A stretch of DNA of 64,000 nt from the NCBI GenBank assembly GCA_038087875.1, contig CM075977.1:93744001-93808000 (forward strand), read 5' to 3'. Below, in pieces: positions 56,586 through 64,000 of the stretch. A model generated the notes under the pieces. That model searched no databases. It was not told the DNA's origin and saw only the letters and a program-made list of their open reading frames with translations. How positions within the stretch are numbered: position 1 is the first letter of the stretch; each line of letters starts with the position of its first letter. Made by a program: the position numbers and the translations under genes. This DNA is from Malacoraja senta (lineage: Eukaryota).

Positions 56586-57397
56586 AGTTCCATTAAATCC
56601 TGATCGGGCTTCACAGCTCTTGGTAAAGCTTTGGGGTGTCAAGAAATTTCTGTAAAATATCCAGTCTCTGGTGTGTTCTTATAGCCATAGTTTTTTTAAG
56701 GCTTTGCCAGTTCTTTTCTAGTTAACCGCAATCACCAGCCTGCTGAAATGGGAGATTGATCTTTAGTAGCCAATGAGACTGATGATGTAAGCCATAAAAC
56801 ATAGTTACAAATGATTTATTGTCCATATTCATGATTGGAGCAAAAGCTTTAAATGTGTTCATTTAAATTTCTGCTGGGCCATTGCGTTATGAGACGCGCT
56901 TTTGACCCCACTATGTTACTTTTTGTCACAATGAAGTTGTACACAAGTGGTGTGTTAATATGTTCTGACATGATTTATGACATTGTCACTTTCATTTGTT
57001 AATAAACTGAAGAGCTGTTACAAGCCCTGCATAAAGAAAGAAAACATTTTGAGTACAGTTTGTCAAATCTTAGTTACAATCACTTATAGATGTACAGACT
57101 CTCAAGTTATTGGCATCACAAGGTGGCAAGGTCAGAAACAGTGAAAGAAAAGACAAAGGGAGAATTATATCAACATTGCTAAAATACCATCTTGATTTTT
57201 TTTTTCCTTTTAGCGGTCAAATATAATTTAGACCCTGCAAAGATTTTATTTTACAGAGGGGGAATAAATATAAATGTTGTTGGATGAGAAGCAAATTATT
57301 CTTTCCATGGACTCTCATTAAAGCACAGGAAGTGATAAGTGGTTTGAAATCTGTCTCAACTCTAGAGCTTTGTTACCACCATTTGCCAAATATTATT

Positions 57398-57730
57398 GTG
57401 GTGGCGCAGCGGTAGAGTTGCTGCCTTACAGCACCAGAGACCCGGGTTCAATCCTGTCTACAGGTGCTGTCTGTACAGAGTTTGCACATTCTCCCCATGA
57501 TCTGCATGTGTTTTCTCCGGGTGCTCCGGTTTCCTCCCACACTCCAAAGACGTACAGGTTGTAGGCCAATTGGCTTGTTAAAATTTTAAGTTGTAAGTTG
57601 TTCCCAGTGTGTGTAGTAGGATAGTGCTAGTGCATGGGGATCGCTGGTCGGTGCAGACTTGATGGGCCAAAGGGCCTGTTTCCGCACTGTATCTCTGAAC
57701 TAAACAAAAGTAAAGTAAACTAAACTAAAC
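57398..57730 (+). mobile_element. HE1-like SINE
   Basis: Same consensus. Confidence 0.85.
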
Positions 57731-58051
57731 AAAATGAACTCTCTTAAGAACACAATAATTTTTACTCCTGATTAGGGACAGCTGGTTAAGTCCAACAATA
57801 TATTGGGGGTTTGGGGCAATTTATCATATAGGGTTGTAGCTAGCTTCTCAGGTTTGGACAAGTCAATATTTGGCTTACATCGTCTGAGAGATTGGGCAAC
57901 TATGTTGTCAACATGGATTTAAGTAAAGGTTGTTCCAGAAGATTATGATGCCCAGATTAACTTGGTTGTATAGATTCAGAACTGGCTGACTGACAGAAGA
58001 CAGAGGGTTGTGATGGAAGGGTAATACTTAGTCTGGATGTCTCTGATCAGT

Positions 58052-58507
58052 AGAAACAAAATGCTGGAGTAACTCAGCGGGTCAGGCAGCATCTCTAGAA
58101 GGAATGGGTGGTGTTTCGGGACGAGACTCTTCTTCAGACTGATGTCAGGAGAATGGGCGGGACAGAGATAGAATGTAGGCGGAGACAATAGGACTAGTGG
58201 GAGAACTGGGAAGGGGGAGAGGATGGAGAGAGAGGGAAAGCAAGAACTTCTTGAAGTTAGAGAAGTCATTGTTCATACCGCTGGGGTGTAAACTACCCAA
58301 GCGAAATATGAGGTGCTGTTCCTCCAATTTGCGCTGGGCCTCACTCTGACAATGGAGGAGGCCCAGGACAGAAAGGTCAGATTGGGAATGGGAGGGGGGG
58401 TTAAAGTGCTGAGCAACTGGGAGATCAGGTAGGTTAAGGCGGACTGAGCGGAGGTGTTCAGCGAAATGATTGCAGAGCCTGCGCTTGGTCTCGCCAATGT
58501 ATAGGAG
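58052..58507 (-). mobile_element. Penelope-like element 3' fragment inserted in a CR1
   Basis: LLYIGETKRRLCNHFAEHLRSV...RKLEEQHLIFRLGSLHPSGMN plus terminal repeat; 9 bp TSD ctgatcagt at 58043 and 58508. Confidence 0.87.
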
Positions 58508-58831
58508 CTGATCAGTGGAGTTCCACATGGGATTACGCTGGGACCTCTGTTGTTTGTGATATATATATGTAATGTAGATGGGTTGGTTAGTTAGTTTTGC
58601 AGATGACACCAACATTTCTGGGATCGCAGACTGTGAGGCTATAAAAGTATACAGTGGATATATATCAGCTACAGAAATGGGCAGAGGAATGGCGGATGGA
58701 GTTTAATCTGAGCAAGTATGCACTTTAGGAGGTCGAATTTAAGGGTAAAATGGCATGACCCTTAACAATATTGATGTACAGAGGGATCTTCGGTGTCCAA
58801 GTCCATGACTCCCTGAAAGTGGCAACACAAA

Positions 58832-59437
58832 TGGCCCGATCCACCCGCTGAACATCTGTGGCGCTGACGACCGGAGCGACGACCGATGACCGGAATGCGC
58901 CCTGGTAGGCTCGACTGCCCCACAGGCCTCACAGGGGACTGCGGAGAAGCCGGGCAGCGAGGCCTGCCTGGGTCGAAGGAGCCTCAGCGGTGGTGGCGAT
59001 GGGAGACTCAGCGGTGGTGGCGATGGGAGAATCGGTGGCAGCTTGAGCCTGGAAAGTAATGGGAGCCTCGGTAGCAGCGGGAACCTCGGCGGTGGTGGAA
59101 CGTGATGGGGGGGCAAGGAAGACAATGGGGACCTGGCGTGGGGGGAACGCTGTGAGGGACGGTGGGAGAACAAAGGGGGACCTGGTGTGGTGGTGGTGGT
59201 GGGGGGGGGGGCACTCCAGTTTAGAATCCTCTGCCCAGGGGATAAGTCTTTGTTTGTTTGTTGAACGTTCCGGTTCGTTCCGGTGAAGGCGCTGTGAACA
59301 TGGCAGCCAGCCAACAGTCGCTTGTCTTTTTCTTTTTTCTTTTCACTTTTAATTTGTGCACCGTGTGTGTTGTGACTGTCAGCAGACCAATTTCCCTCCG
59401 GGGATGAATAAAATGTTATCGTATCGTATCGTATCGT
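58832..59437 (+). mobile_element. GC-rich non-coding retroposon with AATAAA and (ATCGT)n tail, unclassified
   Basis: Interrupts contiguous CR1 sequence (gtggcaacaca ... agtagacagagtgg); CpG-rich; a distantly related minus-strand piece lies at about 52590-52770. Confidence 0.6.
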
Positions 59438-62159
59438 AAGTAGACAGAGTGGTAAAGAAGGCATATGGTATGCTTGCTTTCATAGCTTTTTGCATTGAGT
59501 ATAAGAGTCAGGAAGTCATGATGCAGCTTTATAGGACTTTGGTAAGACCACATTGGGAGTATTGTGTGCAGTTCTTGAAGCCTCATCTAGGAAAGATGTG
59601 GAGGCTTTGGGAAGGGTGCGGAGGCACCACAGTGGTGCAGTTGGTAAAGCTGCACTTACCAACAACACTTACCAACACCTTACAGCTGCACAGATCCGGG
59701 TTCAATCCTAACCTTTGTGATAATCTGGCTTGAACTGCAGCTACAAGTCTGGTACAACAGTTTTAATGACTCATTGCATGGCAAAGCCTCTTAAAGGAAT
59801 AGCAAGCCTCCAAACATGATGCAGCACTTTCCCCAGTAGCTAAGAGACACAGGGCCGACAGGAACCTGTTTAGGTCATCAAACATAAGGGTGTTGAACCA
59901 CTGCCACTTCTTTTGCATAACTGCCATAATTTTGCTTTTTTTTTGGTTATTTGTTAACACTGAACCTAAACCATTCACGTTGTAAAACTTTCACAACACA
60001 GTCTCTGGGTAATATTTTGAATATTAAAATAAACCAGTTTTTTAAGGGAATATACATAATATGTAAGCACCCTAGTTTTTTCTCTTATTCCTCATTCAAT
60101 ATAATCAATGATTTTGTCTTAGGTGATTCCAGTGCTATTCGGGATTAAAATGTCAAAAGAATGTATATATATTTTTTCATTTCCTGTGAGTCCCTTCACT
60201 TTGAGAACATTAACATGTCCTTTAAGCAAATATCTACAGATACACCTTTTTTTTTTACAGAAAAGGAAATAAAGCAACACTCTTCGGCAAGTCTAATGCG
60301 TATTTCTTTCATCTGAAACAAAGAGGTCATAAATTGTGCAACTGTGAGTGATTTGTCAAGGAGCAAAGTGCACAAGTGTAGATGTGTTTACCACTCTGGA
60401 GTCATGATAAAAATGAACTTTGGCCTGTACACAGTTCTAACATGAGCCGTGGATAAACCTCGGGAAACAAAATCATTTTTTTTAAGCCACTTTATTACAG
60501 TTCTTGCTCAGTAAACACAATAGGCATCTGTCGTAAACATAATTCCCCTAAATGCTTGTCCTTGCTAATTTCTTATGTTTCTGTACAGAGAGAATGTAGA
60601 GTGAAAAATCAATTAAGTACCTTTGTTATAAACCAAAGGCCGATAGTGTGCATTGAGTTTTGGATCTGTCCTTGACCATTTGTTGCTGTGTAAATCTGCA
60701 TCAGTCATCATTGTTGTAAAATTACATGCCAGTGAATGTCAGGGCACACACATTGGTTTCGACCCCATGAGAAATCTTAATAAAATCTGTAGGAGCTGAA
60801 GAATTTGCTTGAGGATCCAAGCGCCTTCTATTCACATTACCACATGCACCGCATTCCATTCCCAATTAGTTTCTGTTTCTGGTCATTGCACGTTCATAGT
60901 GCTGAACATGTGAGATATTTTAGACTTTTAACATTTCTCACAGTTCACAAATCAGTACAAAAATAGACAAAGAATGGATAACATCAGTCTCCTGGTGAAG
61001 CAACTTTAATGCACTCCTGGAGACATGCAGGTGGGGGAATGCTTAACTCCAATGTAGAAGTCACCTCACATGTTGCCCATGTTCCTCAGGATGTCAGACC
61101 TGCCTGCATTTTGCACACAAGGCACAGGGTGCCAACTCTATGAGGGACTCAACACAACTCAAGTTTCAGCTGATCTCACCTGGAAGGGAGAATTGAATCA
61201 TCAATCTCAAAATAAAGCCAGGAAGGAATATATACAGTTAAATATTTATGGTTAGAGATTCTAGGTCACCAAGATTTGTGCTGATATCTGCTTTAGTAGT
61301 AGTCACTGCCCTCTTGTACATATTGTGTGGCCATGGTGTATGTGGCCCTCCTGTAAACTTTATGTGCCCATGGTGTATGTCTGTCAATTCAGCCGAACAG
61401 GCACTGCACGTTCTTGGGTTTGAAGGTGGTTGGAGAGAAGGGATTGGGCCTGAGTCCTGGCTGGTTTGGTAGGTGGCGTTGAGGGGTTGGGTCAGTGCCT
61501 AGTTAGGGGTGGGGTGGAATGTGGGTTGTCATTGACTTGAGTTGACAAGGGAGGGTTTGAGGCCAAGATTCGGACAGATTGAAACCGACGATCTTCTGAG
61601 AATCTCTGGGTCGAGATGAGGTAAGCAATAGGCTCGTGGAGTGAGTGAGGGGTTGTTGGAGGTCATTTGGCGGCCTTGTAGGATTGGGTTTTAGAAAGTT
61701 AGGAGATCAGTTCCAGTACCCTGAGTGGGCAGAAGTTTGGAGGCTCGAGAAGATGAGCTCAGGGAAGGAGGGGGTGGTTGGTTATGGGGATACAGTGTAG
61801 TCCTTGGTGGATTTGGAGTGTCATAACAGAATGGCCAGAATAATTAAAGGGAGATGCAAGACCAAACTGATAGGGATCCTGTGCCAGAGCTACACTGACG
61901 AGACAGAGAAGGGCCAGGAGGCTCAGTGATTGTTGCTTGATGCAGAAAGATCAGAGTTATTCCAAAAAGATTCAAAATGAATGATGTAATGTGAATGATA
62001 CCATCCAGTTCTCCCCAAGGTACCAAATCCAATTACTGGAAATGATCGATATTGTGTTTCACTTCAGTGAAAAAAGTTGACATCTCCATAATCTTGAAAC
62101 AGCAGTATAATGTAACAACATTTCTGGACAATTGACTTAAGTTGTTTAAGATGATCCAT

Positions 62160-62470
62160 GCAGCATGGTGGTGCAGCGGTAGAGTTGCTGCCTTATAGCA
62201 GAGACCCGGGTTTGATCCTGAATATGGGTGCTGTCTGTATGGAATTTGTATGTTCTCCCCATGACCACGTGGGTTTCCTCTGGGTGCTCCGGTTTCCTCC
62301 AACATTCCAAAGATGTACAGGTTTGTAGGTTAATTGGCTTCGTTAAAAATTGTAAATTGTCCCTAGTGTGCAGGATAGTGCTAGTGTGCAGGGATCGCTG
62401 GTCGGCGTAGACTCGGTGGACCGAAGGGCCTGTTTCTACGCTGTATCACTAAAGTAAAACTAAACCTAAA
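62160..62470 (+). mobile_element. HE1-like SINE
   Basis: Same consensus. Confidence 0.85.
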
Positions 62471-62632
62471 AGTCCAAAGGCTCAACAAAGTGAGAGATTA
62501 TGGCTGCCCTGGGAAAGTCCAATGGAAGGAATACTCACTACCCATAAATGCTTGGCAATGGGAAGAATGAGGAAAAATTCTCTTACAAGGATTGCGAGTA
62601 ACAGGGTGAAAGGGACAATTGGTTTGAGATAG

Positions 62633-63145
62633 GGAATTCTAAGTTAGTTCAGCAGAAGAGTGCTGAGTTGAGTGTCTCAGTGAATGGGGGTACAAGAGTA
62701 CAATATCTCTGTGTAGGGAAGGCAGAGGTGAATCTGAGTGGAGTTGAGCAAATAAAGGCATTCATGGCCGGTTGATGCAATTGTATTGCATGGGAGAGAA
62801 AGGGCATGGATCATTCCGTTTTCCTATCAGTAATTCACATCAATTTCTATCCATCCACAGTACTCAACTTCCAGTTGTCAGCACAAATATCTGGGAAATT
62901 AATTGTTAATGGCTGAAGAATCAGAGAGAGATGGCTTTTCCACCGTGGTGGTGTAGAATGGTACAAATATTTCATCTTGACAGCACTGATATGAAACTCA
63001 AAGGCAAAGGGAAGATGGGGAGCGAAGGAAAATCTTTTAGATTTATGTATTGGCATTCCCCATGGACTCAAGCCCATCTTACAATCATTCCAGATTAATC
63101 CTTGTACTGTAAAATAACTCTTCTGCTGAACTAACTTAGAATTCC
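62633..63145. repeat. Perfect 29 bp inverted repeat pair
   Basis: ggaattctaagttagttcagcagaagagt at 62633-62661 and its exact reverse complement at 63117-63145. Confidence 0.9.
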
Positions 63146-64000
63146 ACTGAAAATATGCAGAGTTCAGACATTTTATTTCATGTCAGTCCAATTTTAAACA
63201 CATTCCTTTTGCTGTTTATTTGAGTTGAATTAATATCTTTTAACTGCATGAAACGATTATTTACAAAAGTCTATCCTTAAAAAACATAAGCAGAAATTTT
63301 CCTTGTCATATCATTACACTTCCATAAATTACGATGCAATAAGGTGATTTAAAACCTTTTACTATTGTTAGTCAATGTTGTCTTCATTCATTTAAAGATT
63401 CTGTTTTCTGCACAGAACAAAGCTTTTATTTGCAACTGTGGTGGTGGAAAACGTTTCAGTATTGATTGCCGTGGCACCGTGAAAAGGTGAACTACTAGTG
63501 CACAGGGAAAAGAAAATATAGAAGTTGTCAGAAATTCCTGTTTATTCACAAATGGCACTATTTCAGGTCCTTCTCATGTATAATTCCTTCTCACTGTAAT
63601 ATGTTCTCATAAATTTTATACTTTGTTGCAAGATGTGTGAGATTTTATTATAGACTGACTTACTAACCTATCTGATACTGATTTTATATGTTGAGAGTGT
63701 AACGTGCTGAGCTAATTACTTCTGTGACTTGTAAATTAATTATAATAATTATTTATAATTCTCCTTTCAGCTCATGCATATATCCTGACTTCTATTTCAC
63801 ACCCTTTGAACTGTTTAAAATGTTTGTAAAAAGATGTTGTTTATATTTTCTTATTTACTCTTTAAGAGAATTTCTCAATGTGAGTATTTCTCAGCTAGAT
63901 GACACCATTGTCGGTATGAGAAATCTTGAACTGGCAGCAACTGACGTGGAGAAGAAGAAATCCATACCACAGAGCTCACTAGATTTTTGCAGATAGCATT

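Larger units (their letters stand above)
57870..59620 (+). mobile_element. Degenerate CR1 LINE carrying two nested insertions
   Basis: CR1 RT and C-terminal motifs (QRVVMEG, FADDT, VVKKAYGMLAFI...MMQLYRTLVRPHWEYCVQF) in three pieces. Confidence 0.8.

Noticed and set aside
58739-59464. 241 aa Pro/Arg-rich minus-strand ORF
   Set aside because: Antisense reading of a GC-rich repeat that lacks stops; crosses element boundaries.

Overview
Cartilaginous-fish genomic DNA, probably a skate or ray (HE1-like SINEs, CR1/HER1-like LINEs). It holds one protein-coding gene, GATA6 (+ strand), with coding exons at 34067-34919, 43491-43657, 50396-50521, 50985-51072, 51168-51289 and a last exon ending at 53254. 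The gene sits in a roughly 20 kb CpG-retaining, LINE-poor domain. It has a dense GATA-site cluster upstream and miR-10, miR-181 and miR-196 8mer sites in the 3' UTR. The flanks and introns are full of retroelements: CR1, Rex1/Babar, Tx1-like remnants, HE1 V-SINEs, and Penelope GIY-YIG fragments with about 25-30 short copies of their terminal repeat, about 20 of which keep a recognisable hammerhead-type core. The most notable observation is a ~135 bp non-coding retroposon (4475-4608 +, 12913-13066 -). Its first 54 nt fold as a minimal HDV/CPEB3-type self-cleaving ribozyme, and in both copies the target-site duplication abuts the predicted cleavage site. Also seen: a Helitron-type 3' end, two 50 bp hAT-like mini-MITEs, a perfect 29 bp inverted repeat, and a reading-frame problem at the last GATA6 exon. 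All calls were made by eye and repeat boundaries are approximate.
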